Numbered from the stretch's first letter, positions 51,402 through 62,742 are shown. The stretch: 64,000 nt of DNA from Capsulimonadaceae bacterium (GCA_965215505.1 OZ244065.1:4672001-4736000), one strand, 5' to 3'. A program made the numbers and translations. Notes: a model not told the origin generated them from the letters alone.

Positions 51402-51719
51402 TCAGCGCCCGTGCGCCGCCAGTCCGAGGCCGACGAGGGCCGCCAGGCTCAGGATCGCCATCAGGCCGCCCGGCATGAAGGCGCGGGTACGGACGTAGCG
51501 GACGGTGAAGAAGACGAGCAGGGCGAGCGTCAGAGCCAGCGCCGCCGGCAGGCCCCAGGCCTGGCTGTGGCCGACTCCCCACGCCGCCGCCAGCAGGCCC
51601 AGGCCGCCGCCGAGGCCGCCGATCAGCGAAGGGCGGCTGCCGGCCTTGACGAAGCCGAGGACGCCCCCCAGGATGACCAGGACGGCGTAGACGAGGGTGA
51701 TGATCGCGGCTGTGTTCAT
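51402..51719 (-). CDS. TMEM14 family membrane protein
   Basis: YAVLVILGGVLGFVKAGSRPSL..FMPGGL. Confidence 0.88.
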   Translation of the reverse strand: MNTAAIITLVYAVLVILGGVLGFVKAGSRPSLIGGLGGGLGLLAAAWGVGHSQAWGLPAALALTLALLVFFTVRYVRTRAFMPGGLMAILSLAALVGLGLAAHGR

Positions 51720-51736
51720 GGGTCCATTGTACCCGC

Positions 51737-53086
51737 TCAGGCCGCTTCAGGCTTTTCCGACAGCGGCACCCGGCTCTTCGTCCAGGCGGGCAGCAGCAGG
51801 ATGAGCAGCCCGGCGGGGACCGTCAGGGCCAGACCCCACCCGTTGGTCGCGTGCCAGGCATAGGTGGCGCTGTGGCCGCTCTGCGGCCCGCAGAAGTCGT
51901 ACAGGGTGCCGCCGACCTTCTCTCCCAGCGCGCCGGCCAGGGCGATGGAGGAGAGGACCAGGCCGTAGACGGTCCCCTCGATGTGCGGCGGGCAGGCGCG
52001 TGCGGCCAGCGTGTACAGGCAGAGCGTGTACAGGATGCCGGCGAATCCGCCGATGACCGCCACGACCCTGGCGGAGAACTGGTCGTGCAGTCCGAAGTTG
52101 ATCAGGTACAGGGAGCAGTCACACGCCCACGCCCCCACGGTCACGGCCACGACGGGCATCTTTCGCGAGACCACGCCGAAGGTGAGGATGCCGAGTAGGA
52201 CGCCCGCCGCGCTGAACTGGCCCAGGCCGCCGATGAACTGCTTGGAGAAGTGCAGACTGTCCACGGTGTAGTAGAGCTGGGCGGTATTGGTGCCCGGCGT
52301 GAAGATCAGGTAGAAGACATAGGCGACGACGGCCCACAGGCCGGGGGACCGGGCCGCCCGCCGCAGTGCGTCGGTCGTCTGGGCGCGCTCGGCCCGCTTC
52401 GCTTCCAGGCGCTCGGCGTGTTCGGCGGGCGTCTCCCGTGCGCTCTGCCCCGCGATGACGCGCTTCTCATCGATCAGCAAGGCCAGCGGCAGGGCGAGAA
52501 GGGAGATCAGGGCCGCCGTGCGGAAGCAGGAGGCGTAAGACCAGTTCTGGGTCACATAGCCGCCCAGACGGGCCGTGAAGACCAGCGTCAGCAGGTAGGG
52601 GGTGAACATCTGGACCGCCTGAACACGCCCCACGGTCCCGGTCCGGTTGCCGACCGTCACCATGATCGCGTCCGCCATGATCAGCACGGTGACACCGCCC
52701 GCGAACGCGATTATCACGAGTAGGAGCGTAGTCAGATAGGCGTAGTGGGAAACGAGGGACAGGCAGAAAAATCCCAGCGCGGCCGTCAGCGCGGCCAGCG
52801 CGTAGTAGGAGCGGCGGTGGTAGCCCAGCAGAGGGAAGAGGTCGGACCCGGCCCCGATCAGGGGCCGCAGATAGTTAGGGATCGCCACCAGGATGGCGAG
52901 GGTCGCCAGCCCGCCCGCCGAGAGGTGGAGCTGCTCTTTGTAGAGGAACAGGAGCTTCTCCCCGGAGAACGTGCCGACGAGGGTGCTGACGACCATCGTC
53001 GCGGCCATCAGCAGGATGAGGCGCAGGAAGGCGGCGCGCTCGCCGGGCGGCGCGGCGGTCTCGCGGTCGAGGGTGAGTGTTGCCAA
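51737..53086 (-). CDS. MFS transporter (BT1/folate-biopterin-like)
   Basis: About 12 hydrophobic segments; SDLFPLLGYHRRSY, ARACPPHIEGTVYGL. Confidence 0.85.
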   Translation of the reverse strand: MATLTLDRETAAPPGERAAFLRLILLMAATMVVSTLVGTFSGEKLLFLYKEQLHLSAGGLATLAILVAIPNYLRPLIGAGSDLFPLLGYHRRSYYALAALTAALGFFCLSLVSHYAYLTTLLLVIIAFAGGVTVLIMADAIMVTVGNRTGTVGRVQAVQMFTPYLLTLVFTARLGGYVTQNWSYASCFRTAALISLLALPLALLIDEKRVIAGQSARETPAEHAERLEAKRAERAQTTDALRRAARSPGLWAVVAYVFYLIFTPGTNTAQLYYTVDSLHFSKQFIGGLGQFSAAGVLLGILTFGVVSRKMPVVAVTVGAWACDCSLYLINFGLHDQFSARVVAVIGGFAGILYTLCLYTLAARACPPHIEGTVYGLVLSSIALAGALGEKVGGTLYDFCGPQSGHSATYAWHATNGWGLALTVPAGLLILLLPAWTKSRVPLSEKPEAA

Positions 53087-53364
53087 CGGTCTTTCCTTTC
53101 GTTGCGAAGCTCAACCCTCGGCGCTGAGGGGCAGTGAACGTGTCAGGTGATGTGAAGGCCCCATTTCGACACTCCCGCCTGATTCTCCTGCTGCCGTAAA
53201 ACGCCTCTTCTCAGCGCGCCCCTATTGTTGCCGGTTTTTCCTGATCCGGCCCGGTCGGCATGATTCCTGCAATTGTAGAACAATGCGGCAGACCACTGGG
53301 GACGCGCCGCAGGCGATCGTGCCTTCCTATCAGCCTTCGCCCCCGCAGAGAAAAGAAAACCCGC

Positions 53365-53877
53365 ATGTCCATTTTTTACAAAGCCGGCCTGGCGCTTGTT
53401 GTCCTCGGTGCCCTGGGGCAGACCACCCCGGCAAGCGCCATGGGAGTCACCGTCGCCGCCGCGCCCGTCACCGGCGGCGGGAGTAGCCCGTACACCTACT
53501 CCTATGCCGTCACCCCCAGCTTCAACGCCAGCCAGTTCGCGTTCACCTTCTCGGACCCGAACGTCAGCTTCAGCAGCGTCACCGGGCCTCTGAACACCGT
53601 CAACCAGACCACGCCGGGCAGCTTCATCAACTTCGGCGCGGCCGGGGCCTTCCTGCCCGCCGGCTCCTCGGAGACGATCTCCTTCACCTCGCCGGATGCA
53701 CCGAACGGCGGCACCTTCATCGCCGCCGGGACCGGGTCCGGCAGCGCCGGATACTCGCTCACGGCCCCCGGCCCCGCCCCCGTGCCGGAGTCCTCCACCA
53801 CGGTCAGCCTGGGCCTGCTGCTGGCCCTCGGCCTGGGCGGCGTCGCCGTCGCAGCCCGCAAGAAGCGCGTCGCCTAA
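53365..53877 (+). CDS. PEP-CTERM sorting domain protein
   Basis: Signal peptide; C-terminal VPESST + TM helix + RKKR. Confidence 0.88.
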   Translation: MSIFYKAGLALVVLGALGQTTPASAMGVTVAAAPVTGGGSSPYTYSYAVTPSFNASQFAFTFSDPNVSFSSVTGPLNTVNQTTPGSFINFGAAGAFLPAGSSETISFTSPDAPNGGTFIAAGTGSGSAGYSLTAPGPAPVPESSTTVSLGLLLALGLGGVAVAARKKRVA

Positions 53878-55457
53878 GCGTCTCCCGCTTCGGCCAGGAC
53901 TCCTTCAGCCCTCGTCTCCTCGGAGGCGGGGGCCTCTTCACGTCCCAGCCCCGCCTTCCCCGGCAGCAGGGTAACGCCCGCCAGCAGCAGGGCGCAGAAG
54001 CCGACGAACCAGTCCCCCCACCGCACATACGGCGTCACCGTCTGGCGCGACTCGACCCGCCCCCACACCACGGCGGGCTGGAACAGGCCCGCCTCTGCGA
54101 TCACCCGGCCCGACGGGTCAATCACCTGCGAGACGCCGGTGGCCGCACTGCGGACGAGGTAGCGGTCGGTTTCGGCGGCGCGGACGGCGGCGATGGCGGA
54201 GTGCTGCCGTGCCGCGGCCGTGCGCCCGAACCAGGCGTCGTCAGTGGACACGACGAGCAGGCCCGCGCCGCGTGCCACTTGTTCTCGGAGGAAGCGGGGG
54301 TAGGACGACTCGAAGCAAATGGCCGCCCCGAGGGGGCCGACATCCGGCCCGCCGTCCAGCAGCAGCTGCTCGTCTTCGCCCGGCTTCATGTCGGAGTGCG
54401 TGACGTGGAGCGCTTCCAGGAACGGGAACCGCGCGACGCCCGGCACGAACTCCCCGAACGGCACGAGCTGCCGCTTCCGGTAGCTGCCGGTGATGTTGCC
54501 GTGCGCGTCCAGCAGGAACAGGCTGTTGGCGCTCTTGTGCAGGGCGGCGTCATACTCCCCGCCGCCGATGACCATGGCCTGATGCGCCCGGTAGGCCTGC
54601 CTCTGTACGCGCCGCCGCGTCTCCTCGTCGTTCAGCAGATACCCTGGGAAGGCCGTTTCCGGCCACACGACCAGGGCCGCCCCGTGCGCCGCCGCCTCCT
54701 GGCTCTGCCCCCCGAACGTCTGCATCACCCGCGCCGCGTAGGCCGGACCTTGCGGCACGTCCTGGACGATGTCCCCCTGCAAGGCCGCCGCCACGAACGT
54801 GGGCCGCAGATGCTCCGTCCGCAGCGTCACCCCCCCGTACACCAGTGCGGCGGCGACCAGGCCCGCCGCCGCTCCCGCGAATGCCCCCGCCCGCCGCTCC
54901 CGCCACGCCTCCGCCAGCGCGACGTTCACCAGCACGAGCAGGAACGCCAGCCCCCAGATGCCCGTCAGCTTCGTCACCTGCAAGAGCGGTAGGGCGAGGT
55001 GCTGCGTGTAGGCCAGGTCCCCCCAGCCCAGCGCCAGCGTCCCCGACTGCCGCCACCACTCGACGACTGACCACAAGGCCGGGACGCCGAGCCGGAAGGC
55101 CCACGGGGAGGGCCTGGTGCGGAGCCACTGCGCGCCCAAAGCCCAGACGCCGAGGTAGAAGGCTTGATAGGCAGTGACCAAGACCCAGCCCAGCGTGCTG
55201 AGGGCGGGTCCGATGATGTGGCCCGCGAAGACGATGATCCAGGTGGACATGGTGCCGAGGAAGCAAGCACCGAGGAGCAGCCCGTGGGCGAAGGCGGCGC
55301 GCTTGGAGCGGAAGGGGAACAGTGTGAGGAAGGGGACCAGGCCGGCCCAGGCGAGCCAGCCGCAGTCCAGGCGGGGGAGGGCGGCGGCCAGCAGCAGGCC
55401 GGAGAGGGCCGTCAGGGCGAGGCGTTTCCACGCCCCGCGCGTGTCATGTTTTTGCAT
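53874..55457 (-). CDS. lnt: Apolipoprotein N-acyltransferase
   Basis: VVWPETA, YRKRQLVPFGEF, ICFES, DDAWFG, RSAATGVS. Confidence 0.95.
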   Translation of the reverse strand: MQKHDTRGAWKRLALTALSGLLLAAALPRLDCGWLAWAGLVPFLTLFPFRSKRAAFAHGLLLGACFLGTMSTWIIVFAGHIIGPALSTLGWVLVTAYQAFYLGVWALGAQWLRTRPSPWAFRLGVPALWSVVEWWRQSGTLALGWGDLAYTQHLALPLLQVTKLTGIWGLAFLLVLVNVALAEAWRERRAGAFAGAAAGLVAAALVYGGVTLRTEHLRPTFVAAALQGDIVQDVPQGPAYAARVMQTFGGQSQEAAAHGAALVVWPETAFPGYLLNDEETRRRVQRQAYRAHQAMVIGGGEYDAALHKSANSLFLLDAHGNITGSYRKRQLVPFGEFVPGVARFPFLEALHVTHSDMKPGEDEQLLLDGGPDVGPLGAAICFESSYPRFLREQVARGAGLLVVSTDDAWFGRTAAARQHSAIAAVRAAETDRYLVRSAATGVSQVIDPSGRVIAEAGLFQPAVVWGRVESRQTVTPYVRWGDWFVGFCALLLAGVTLLPGKAGLGREEAPASEETRAEGVLAEAGDA

Positions 55458-55516
55458 TGCGGGGGGATTGTACCACTGTTGCCCCCCGCCCCCCAGAGGA
55501 AACTTCGCAGGACTTG

Positions 55517-58500
55517 CTACCGGGCACTGGCCGCCGTCAGCGCCAGCAGGGCGGGGACGCCGCGCCGGTCCGGGCCGTACACCAGGTCAACCGTTCCGAT
55601 CACCTTGGCCGGGAACGGGTTATTCCACTGCTGGGAGTAGGCCACCGCGGAATAGGGCGTCCCGGCAAACGGCTTCGCCCAGGCGGTCTGCGCGCCCGGC
55701 AGGGCGGTGGGGACCGTCTGCCGATAGTCGTCCACGCTGATCTCGGCGTAGACCGGGACTTTAGCGGCCGTGCCGTCGGCGTAATGAACGACGTAGTCGG
55801 CCATCTCGTACCGCTTGCCCTGCTTGACCTCGTCCGCATTGCGGCGGCTGTCCAGGCGGGCGGCTTGCAGGAAGAACAGGGCGTCGGCTTTACGATTGAC
55901 CGGGATGCCGACAACATGGTCGGGCAGGCCGCCCGGTACTCCATTGCCGCCGAGCATGACGACGGAGGGCACCGGCGAGGTGGCGAAGTCGTAAAGGGTG
56001 TAGGGCACCCCGGCGAAATGCTGACGCCCACGCGGCAGGTCGGCGAACGTATACGCCTTGTCGCCGAACCAGCCCCGGTCGGTGAGGTACTGGTTCGCCT
56101 GCCTGGACAGGTCGAGCGGCGTGTAGGTCAGGTCGGCGGCCCCCGCGATCACCGTCTTGCCGCCCGAAAACGGCGCGTGGAGATTACGGAGGAGTGTCGC
56201 CAGGATGGCCTGCTTCTTGCCCGCGTTCTCCGGGTTCGTCTCCGCCTCCTTGAACTTGACGTTGCACAAAAGGATGCCGCCCGCCCCGCGCGGGTACTCA
56301 AGCATCGCGCCGATGTTCAGCAGCGGCCTGACGCTCCGGTAGAAGGAGGCGGGACGGGCCGCTTTCAAGTAGATGTTGTCCAGGCCGATGTTCGTGCTGC
56401 CCGGCTTCCGGGCATAGTCCACGACCTGCAAGGTGATCTCTTTCGCCATGCGCGGCGGGCTGAGGGTGAACGTCTGCGGGTCGCCGTTCGGCTGGACGTC
56501 CAGCGGGACCCGGTCCGTGCCGTTGAAAACGAGCGCGATCTTGGTCGTCGGGTTGTAGTTCAGGTCCTGCACATAGGTGAACTGCGTGATCTTTTCACTC
56601 CGGGGCAGCGTGATCGGGATGCCGGTCGTCTTGCCCGGCTCGGGGCCGGGGAAGTTGATGATGAGTGGCCAGAAGCCGTCCGCCTGCGTGTAGTTGTTGG
56701 TGATCTTGTCCCAGGCGAAAAACGGCGACTTGCCGAACGGGGCCACGTCGTCATAATCCAGAACGTAGCTGTAGGCGTCGGCGTCCGGATACTGGCCCGC
56801 CGAGTAGCCGAAGATCTGCTTGCCGGACCCCATGACGATGGCCGAGGTCGCAAGCCCCGCCGTCAGCGGGTTGCGGACGGCGGGCCAGGTGACTTTCTCC
56901 TGCCCGAAAGGCCGGATCAGGTGATCTACGCCGACCAGCGCGTTATAATCGGCCAGGCCCTCAGGCGTCACATCGTTCAGCACCAGCCACCCACCGCCGC
57001 GCGTGAAGGCTTCTACGCGGGCCTTGTTCCGGGCCAGGGCGTGCAGGGCGGCGGGCGTCGCGCGGACGACCGCGATGCCGCCCGGCTTGCCCAGCGCGGC
57101 CAGGGGGTCGGCCGCTTTGCCGTAGTCCAGGCCGACCGCCTCCATCGCCTTCAGCAGCGGCGCGTCGTCGCCGACGGCCGCCGTCACCGGATGGAACACC
57201 TGCCTGTAGGCCAGGCCGTAGAAGACCATGTTCAGCAGGAGCTTTTGCGCGACCGGGTTTGTGGTTAGCTTCTGCCCGATGACGAGCTGGCTGATCAGCA
57301 TCTCGCCCCTGCCCGCCGTCATCTCGGCCAGGGCGGTGTCTTGCAGGCGCGGGCCGCACTGGACCAGCGACTTGCCGCCCGTCGTGGGCTTGACGTAGGC
57401 GTCACGGTAGACGGTCCCGTCCTGGCCCCAGGTGAAGAAGTCTTTTTGTGCCAGCCCGCGCAGGACCGGATGGTCCAGGTCTTCGGCGAAGGCGATGCCG
57501 CCCCGGTTGGTGTCCGGGGCCATGTCGCCGGGCAAGGCCTGGAAGCGGAGCGGGTTCTTCTGTTCCAGCACGATGACCGTGTGCCCGCCCGACGCATAGG
57601 CGGCCAGCGCACTCGACGTGCTTTGGGCCGCCGTCAGCGCGTCGGGGCCGATGATAAGGACCTTAGCCCCAGCGGGCAGCACGTTCAGGCTTGCAAGCCT
57701 TGTGAACGGCAGCCTTTGAGCGTTCAGGAGGGCCGCGACGGTTCCCGCCGGGTCATAGACGGCGAGCGATCCGGTTCCCGGCAGCGGCTGTATCGCCTGC
57801 ACCCGCGCTCCGGCGCGGTGGAAGTGGCGGGCGGTCCTGATGCCTACCGGCAGGACGGAAACCGCCTTCACGTCCCGGTACACCTCCTTGCCAGCGCGCG
57901 TCAGCGTCAGCGTCCACGTCCCCTCCTGACGGTCGGCGGCAGCGGGCATCGGCAGCGTCACGTCGAACTTTCGGTCACCGCCCGCCGGGACGGCGCAGGC
58001 CTTGCTCGTGCGCGCGATCTGCCTGCCGCCGACCGTCAGCACACAGGTCAGCGTGATCGGGGATGCATCGTGCGTGTCGTTAAAAATGCCCAGCGTCCGC
58101 GTCACCTTTTGGCCGCCTCCGAACGTCCAGTCCCACTGCCGGCACAGCACGGCGACCGGCTGCCAGGCCGGATACTGGAGGTCGGTTTCGCCGCCGAACC
58201 AGAAGTGGAAGTTGATGCCGTTCCAGCGGTAGCCCTCCGATAGCATCCGCGCGGCCAGCCCGACGGCCGGGTGCGACTCGGCCTTGCCGACAAATGCGCT
58301 CTCGCCGCCGACCGTCGCCAACTCCGCCGGGTCAACGCCGTTGGCGAAGAAGTCCTCGCCCAGCAGGATCGGCTTGGCCTGTGTGATCGGCCAGATCTGC
58401 CGGTGCGCGAGAGCCGCGCGGTCATACGCGCCCTCAGGCAGCGTGTCCAGGCTGGGCTGTAGATAGTGGCCGCCGTAGACGGGCAGCGACTCGTCTAAAA

Positions 58501-60559
58501 GGGCGTTGCCGCCGTCGGTCATCTGCGGGCGGGTCGGGTCCAGCGCGGCCAGCATGTCGGCGGCCCGCTTCATCTCCCGCGTCGTCACCTTGTCCTGCCC
58601 GAAGACATGGGCGTTGATGAAGGTGATCTCGTTCTCCATGCTCCAGATGAAGATGGACGGGTGGTTGCGCTGGCCCTTGACCCAGGCGGCGAGCTGCTGA
58701 CGCCAGTTTTCATAGAGGGCGGGCCGGGTGATGTCGTAAAACCCGTTCGCGCCTTCCCCGTCGAAAATGCCGGTGCGGCGGACGGGGACGCCTTGCGCGT
58801 CGAAGAAGTCTAAAGCGTCCGGCATCTCCTTCCCGCCGTAGACGCCCTCCGCCCAGACGCGCTGCATGGTCTGCCCGTGTTTAAGCCACAGGGAAACCGC
58901 TTCGAGGTCCGCCCGTCCGTAACCCGCCAGGTCCGCCCGCCCGTGCCACGGCACGCCGTTCAGGGTGAACTGCGGACCCGACCAGCCCCACTCGCGGAAG
59001 CCGAACTTGGTGGTACGCTCGTCAACGGGCCGCCCGCCGATGCTCAAGGTCGTGACGACGTTGTACTGCGCCGGGGCGTCCGGCCACCACAGCTTGGGGT
59101 CGGCCCAGCCCTCGGACAGCCGAACGACCGCGCCCTGTCCGGCGGGGACGGACACGTCCTGCGGTGCGAACGTCTTGGCGACCGGCCCGCCCGCCAGCGG
59201 CACGACCTTGTTCGCGACAGTTACGGTCATCGCTTGCTCCGTCGGGTTATGCACCGTCACTTCCAGCCCCAGGGTTTTCTTCTTGACCGAGGGAACGGCA
59301 AACACGTCGGACGTGTAGGCCCGTCCCGCCACAATGAGGGAGGGCGTCAGTAGCAGCCCCGTCTCGTAGTGCGATAGGACGGGCATGTCGAGCTGGTTGG
59401 TCGTGTTATAGTGCCAGAAATCGTAAGGGGTGTACTGCGGGTGACGCGCGTTCTCGGCATTTGCCAGGCCGTAGAAGGCGTCTTTGACGCCCACCCAGAC
59501 CTCGTTGACCTGCCCCGGATCGACCGCCTGCGTGATGTCGCAGTCCCAGGCCGCATAGGGGGCCTTCGTCCAGCCGCATTGCCGCCCGTTGACGAAGACG
59601 GTGGCAATCATGTTCTCGGAGGGGACGTGCAAATAGAACGCCCGTCCCGCCGCGCCTGACGGCACGTTTACCCGCGTCCGCAGCCAGTACCGATGCACAT
59701 AGGTCAGCTCGGGCCGGGCCGCGTTCCGGTCGCCGGGCACCGAAAGGGCGTGCCAGCTCAGGTCGCCTGCGGCGGGCGCGGCCTTGATCGGCCCCAGCCG
59801 GTCGTCCGTCACCGCCTCGTCGTCGGCCGCCGCCTGCCAGTCGCCTCGGAGCGGCGTGGCCGTCTGTGCCGCGCCGTCCGGGACAGCCAGCGTGAAGACG
59901 TGCGTCGCCGCCGCTTTGTCGGCGTCCGAGAGCGCGGCTAGGTCGCCCGGCTTGTTCGGCCCGTCGGGATGAAACGGGGCCGTCGTCAGGCACAGGGCGT
60001 CGGAGGCGTAGACGATCTTCGCGTCCTTGCCCTTGTCGTCTTTCGTCCGGGACAAGCGGATTTGCAGCGTGTGCGGCCCTGCCGTGAGTGTTTGCCGCCC
60101 CAGCGGCAGCCAGGCGACGGGGTTCCAGGTCTGGAGTTCCTCCACGTCTAGGGTGTCCGCGTCCGGCCTCACCGTCGCCCACGCGCCGCCGTCCATGCGC
60201 CACTCAAAGGAGGAGCGGACGCGCTCGTACCCAACCCGGTCCCAGACGCCATAATCGCCCGCCGCCGGTGCCGCGATGCCATACGTCAGCACGATCCCTT
60301 CCGCCGGGACCGTCTTCGCCACGTCCCCGGCCTCGATGTTAACATGGAGCCACTTGCCGCCCGCAAGGTACTGCGGTCGGCCCACGTCTTCGATAGTCGG
60401 CTTGACCGAGGCAGGCGTGACGGACGTCGGCGCTTCGCCCTCCACCCAGGCAAAGTTCGCGGGCGCGTCGGCGCGGGCTGTCAGAGGAAGGAGGCTGAGG
60501 GCGAGGAGGGCGAAAGCAAACGGGGCAAAGGCGAAAAGGGGGCGGCGTTTATGAGGCAT
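55517..60559 (-). CDS. Large secreted multidomain glycoside hydrolase (GH2-like)
   Basis: TKFGFRE..QFTLNG, RNHPSIFIWSMENE, LDPTRP, PILLGE; signal peptide after MPHKRR. Confidence 0.82.
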   Translation of the reverse strand: MPHKRRPLFAFAPFAFALLALSLLPLTARADAPANFAWVEGEAPTSVTPASVKPTIEDVGRPQYLAGGKWLHVNIEAGDVAKTVPAEGIVLTYGIAAPAAGDYGVWDRVGYERVRSSFEWRMDGGAWATVRPDADTLDVEELQTWNPVAWLPLGRQTLTAGPHTLQIRLSRTKDDKGKDAKIVYASDALCLTTAPFHPDGPNKPGDLAALSDADKAAATHVFTLAVPDGAAQTATPLRGDWQAAADDEAVTDDRLGPIKAAPAAGDLSWHALSVPGDRNAARPELTYVHRYWLRTRVNVPSGAAGRAFYLHVPSENMIATVFVNGRQCGWTKAPYAAWDCDITQAVDPGQVNEVWVGVKDAFYGLANAENARHPQYTPYDFWHYNTTNQLDMPVLSHYETGLLLTPSLIVAGRAYTSDVFAVPSVKKKTLGLEVTVHNPTEQAMTVTVANKVVPLAGGPVAKTFAPQDVSVPAGQGAVVRLSEGWADPKLWWPDAPAQYNVVTTLSIGGRPVDERTTKFGFREWGWSGPQFTLNGVPWHGRADLAGYGRADLEAVSLWLKHGQTMQRVWAEGVYGGKEMPDALDFFDAQGVPVRRTGIFDGEGANGFYDITRPALYENWRQQLAAWVKGQRNHPSIFIWSMENEITFINAHVFGQDKVTTREMKRAADMLAALDPTRPQMTDGGNALLDESLPVYGGHYLQPSLDTLPEGAYDRAALAHRQIWPITQAKPILLGEDFFANGVDPAELATVGGESAFVGKAESHPAVGLAARMLSEGYRWNGINFHFWFGGETDLQYPAWQPVAVLCRQWDWTFGGGQKVTRTLGIFNDTHDASPITLTCVLTVGGRQIARTSKACAVPAGGDRKFDVTLPMPAAADRQEGTWTLTLTRAGKEVYRDVKAVSVLPVGIRTARHFHRAGARVQAIQPLPGTGSLAVYDPAGTVAALLNAQRLPFTRLASLNVLPAGAKVLIIGPDALTAAQSTSSALAAYASGGHTVIVLEQKNPLRFQALPGDMAPDTNRGGIAFAEDLDHPVLRGLAQKDFFTWGQDGTVYRDAYVKPTTGGKSLVQCGPRLQDTALAEMTAGRGEMLISQLVIGQKLTTNPVAQKLLLNMVFYGLAYRQVFHPVTAAVGDDAPLLKAMEAVGLDYGKAADPLAALGKPGGIAVVRATPAALHALARNKARVEAFTRGGGWLVLNDVTPEGLADYNALVGVDHLIRPFGQEKVTWPAVRNPLTAGLATSAIVMGSGKQIFGYSAGQYPDADAYSYVLDYDDVAPFGKSPFFAWDKITNNYTQADGFWPLIINFPGPEPGKTTGIPITLPRSEKITQFTYVQDLNYNPTTKIALVFNGTDRVPLDVQPNGDPQTFTLSPPRMAKEITLQVVDYARKPGSTNIGLDNIYLKAARPASFYRSVRPLLNIGAMLEYPRGAGGILLCNVKFKEAETNPENAGKKQAILATLLRNLHAPFSGGKTVIAGAADLTYTPLDLSRQANQYLTDRGWFGDKAYTFADLPRGRQHFAGVPYTLYDFATSPVPSVVMLGGNGVPGGLPDHVVGIPVNRKADALFFLQAARLDSRRNADEVKQGKRYEMADYVVHYADGTAAKVPVYAEISVDDYRQTVPTALPGAQTAWAKPFAGTPYSAVAYSQQWNNPFPAKVIGTVDLVYGPDRRGVPALLALTAASAR

Positions 60560-60580
60560 TCTGTTGATCCTAACGAAAAA

Positions 60581-60726
60581 ACCGGCCATGAATGGCCGGC
60601 CTACTTTTGAGTGAAAACCCCTGCGGGGTTGAAGACCGTAGGGGCGCCGCTTGCCGCGCCCTCCTGCCTTGTCCCCAGTCGCGGAGCGACTTCCATTCGC
60701 GAGTAGGCCGGCCATTCATGGCCGGT
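60581..60726. repeat. REPIN-like inverted pair of GTAG-type REPs
   Basis: GTAGGCCGGCCATTCATGGCCGGT at 60703-60726 and its exact reverse complement at 60581-60604. Confidence 0.8.
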
Positions 60727-60731
60727 TCCGC

Positions 60732-61637
60732 TCACGCCGCCGCGCCCACCATTCCTGCCCCCGACTTCGGCGCGGCGGGCCGCTTGGTGCCCAATATCTC
60801 CATCAGGTTCGCCGACGGGCCGACCAGGAACAGCGCGAAGTACGGCGCGTGGACGTTGCCCGTCAGGCGCAGGACGCATTCCACGGCCGCCACCGAGGCG
60901 GCCACCGCCATCTGCGGGCCGACGCCCTTCACCGTGCTTTTGGGGTCCGTGATCATGAAGAAGATGAAGAGCTGGTAGACCGGCCCCGTGATCGGCGCGA
61001 CTTCATCCACGAAGGCACGCCACAGGCCCATGTCGTGATGCCCCGGCAGGGCAGCGCGCAGGGCGGCGAATGCGACGAACGCCCCGACGTAGGCGGCGCA
61101 GATGTGCAGCCGCTTCAAGCGCCACAGGATGACCGAGCCTAATGTCCAGATCGTCACCATCGGCCAGATCGAGTTGCTGAACTGCTGCGTCAGGCTCGCC
61201 ACCGCCACCGGTGCCAAAAACAGCATCGCCGAGATGCCAAAGTTGGAAGGGTTCCACAGATGCCGCCCGTGCAGGCGCAGGACGTACTTGGACAGGATCG
61301 AGATCACCGACACGAACACGAATGGCCAGATCAAGGGCGACCGGACCAGGATGCCGCAGCTGATCCCCGACACATAGGCGCTCGCCAGGTGCGGGAACTT
61401 GCGGTAGACGAGGTAGCTCAGGACGATCTCGGTCGCGATGCTGCACCCGATGGCGAGAAATGTCTTCGGGTAGCTCTCCAGGATGCCGTAGGAGACCTGC
61501 CCGATGATGAGAATCAGCGTGATGACGAGGGGCGCGACGTAGCGGCTGTCGAACTGCGGCTTCGGCGGCGCGGCGGGCGGCATCCGCTCCGACAGGGCGG
61601 GGGCGGACACCGGGGAAGAAAGGCGTTCCTTGATCAT
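60732..61637 (-). CDS. RnfD/NqrB-like (UnbU-type) membrane protein
   Basis: SKYVLR..HLWNPSNFG, LFIFFMITDPKS. Confidence 0.82.
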   Translation of the reverse strand: MIKERLSSPVSAPALSERMPPAAPPKPQFDSRYVAPLVITLILIIGQVSYGILESYPKTFLAIGCSIATEIVLSYLVYRKFPHLASAYVSGISCGILVRSPLIWPFVFVSVISILSKYVLRLHGRHLWNPSNFGISAMLFLAPVAVASLTQQFSNSIWPMVTIWTLGSVILWRLKRLHICAAYVGAFVAFAALRAALPGHHDMGLWRAFVDEVAPITGPVYQLFIFFMITDPKSTVKGVGPQMAVAASVAAVECVLRLTGNVHAPYFALFLVGPSANLMEILGTKRPAAPKSGAGMVGAAA

Positions 61638-61795
61638 GGCGTCTTACCATTTCTAATGCGGGATGAGGCTGATTGCGACTATTATACCACACACGGGCGG
61701 CATGGGGCAAACGAAAACCGCCGCAGGGGATTTTCCCTGCGACGGTCTTATACGACTGCCGACAAGTGCGGCAGGCCGGCTGAACAGTGACGTGC

Positions 61796-62659
61796 TTAGA
61801 TCGGACTCATCGTGGCCGCGAAGCCGGAGGCACCTGTTCCGGCTGCCACTCCGGCAGGGCTTGAGGGGGCACAGGGGCTTCCGTTCTGGTCCTGCGGGCA
61901 GGAGGCATTGTTGTTCGCGGTCCCGGCCGAAACCTGGCTGGGGCGCAGCCACTTGACGTGGCCATCCACCAGGGCGAAGTTGGAGCCGTCCGCATGCCGC
62001 CCGGTCGGGGCCAGGTAGCGGCCCTTGTAGTTATTCGCCGCCAGGGTGTTCGGGCTGCCGAGGTAGCCGGTGGCATACTTCGTCGTGCCGTTGTTGTCGC
62101 CGCCGTCGATCCAGCCGGCCCCGTACTGGTCATAGCCCAGGGCCGAGACCGTCGCGGTCTCCTGCGGGTAGCTGAGTGTCGCGGGGTCGCCGGCGATCTC
62201 CATCAGCAGGACCGTGCTGGACGGGGCGGACTGCTGCGACAGGCTGCCGCCCGCCATGTTCGAGCCGAGATTCTCGTTCATCGCGTAGGAGACCGGCGTC
62301 CGCGCAGCGCCCTGATTCCCGAGCGTTGCCCCCGGCCCCACGTTGTCGCCGCTGGTCGAGTCGTCCGGGCAGGTGAAGACGCCGCTGCTCTTGACGAAAC
62401 TGTAGATCTCGCCCCCCCAGCCCCGGCCCGCGCCGCCGGGGGCATTGCCACACGGCATTCTCTCGTCGGAATCCTGGGTGTACTGGACGAACGCCAGCGC
62501 GAGCTGCTTCTCGTTGGACTCACACGAGGCGCGGCGGGCGTTCTCGCGGACCTTCTGGAAGACCGGGAACAGGATCGCCGCGAGAATCGCTATGATCGCG
62601 ATGACGACGAGCAGCTCGATCAGGGTGAAACCCGACCGGGGCTTAGCGGGGTGGGACAT
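61796..62659 (-). CDS. Prepilin-type N-terminal cleavage / DUF1559 protein
   Basis: [25 protein letters not shown] and [15 protein letters not shown]. Confidence 0.93.
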   Translation of the reverse strand: MSHPAKPRSGFTLIELLVVIAIIAILAAILFPVFQKVRENARRASCESNEKQLALAFVQYTQDSDERMPCGNAPGGAGRGWGGEIYSFVKSSGVFTCPDDSTSGDNVGPGATLGNQGAARTPVSYAMNENLGSNMAGGSLSQQSAPSSTVLLMEIAGDPATLSYPQETATVSALGYDQYGAGWIDGGDNNGTTKYATGYLGSPNTLAANNYKGRYLAPTGRHADGSNFALVDGHVKWLRPSQVSAGTANNNASCPQDQNGSPCAPSSPAGVAAGTGASGFAATMSPI

Positions 62660-62742
62660 AAAGCGTGTTCTCCTTGAATCCTATACGGCACTACTGTACA
62701 CACTGTGACACAGCACCGGTAATGATGTCAATGTTTTTTTTG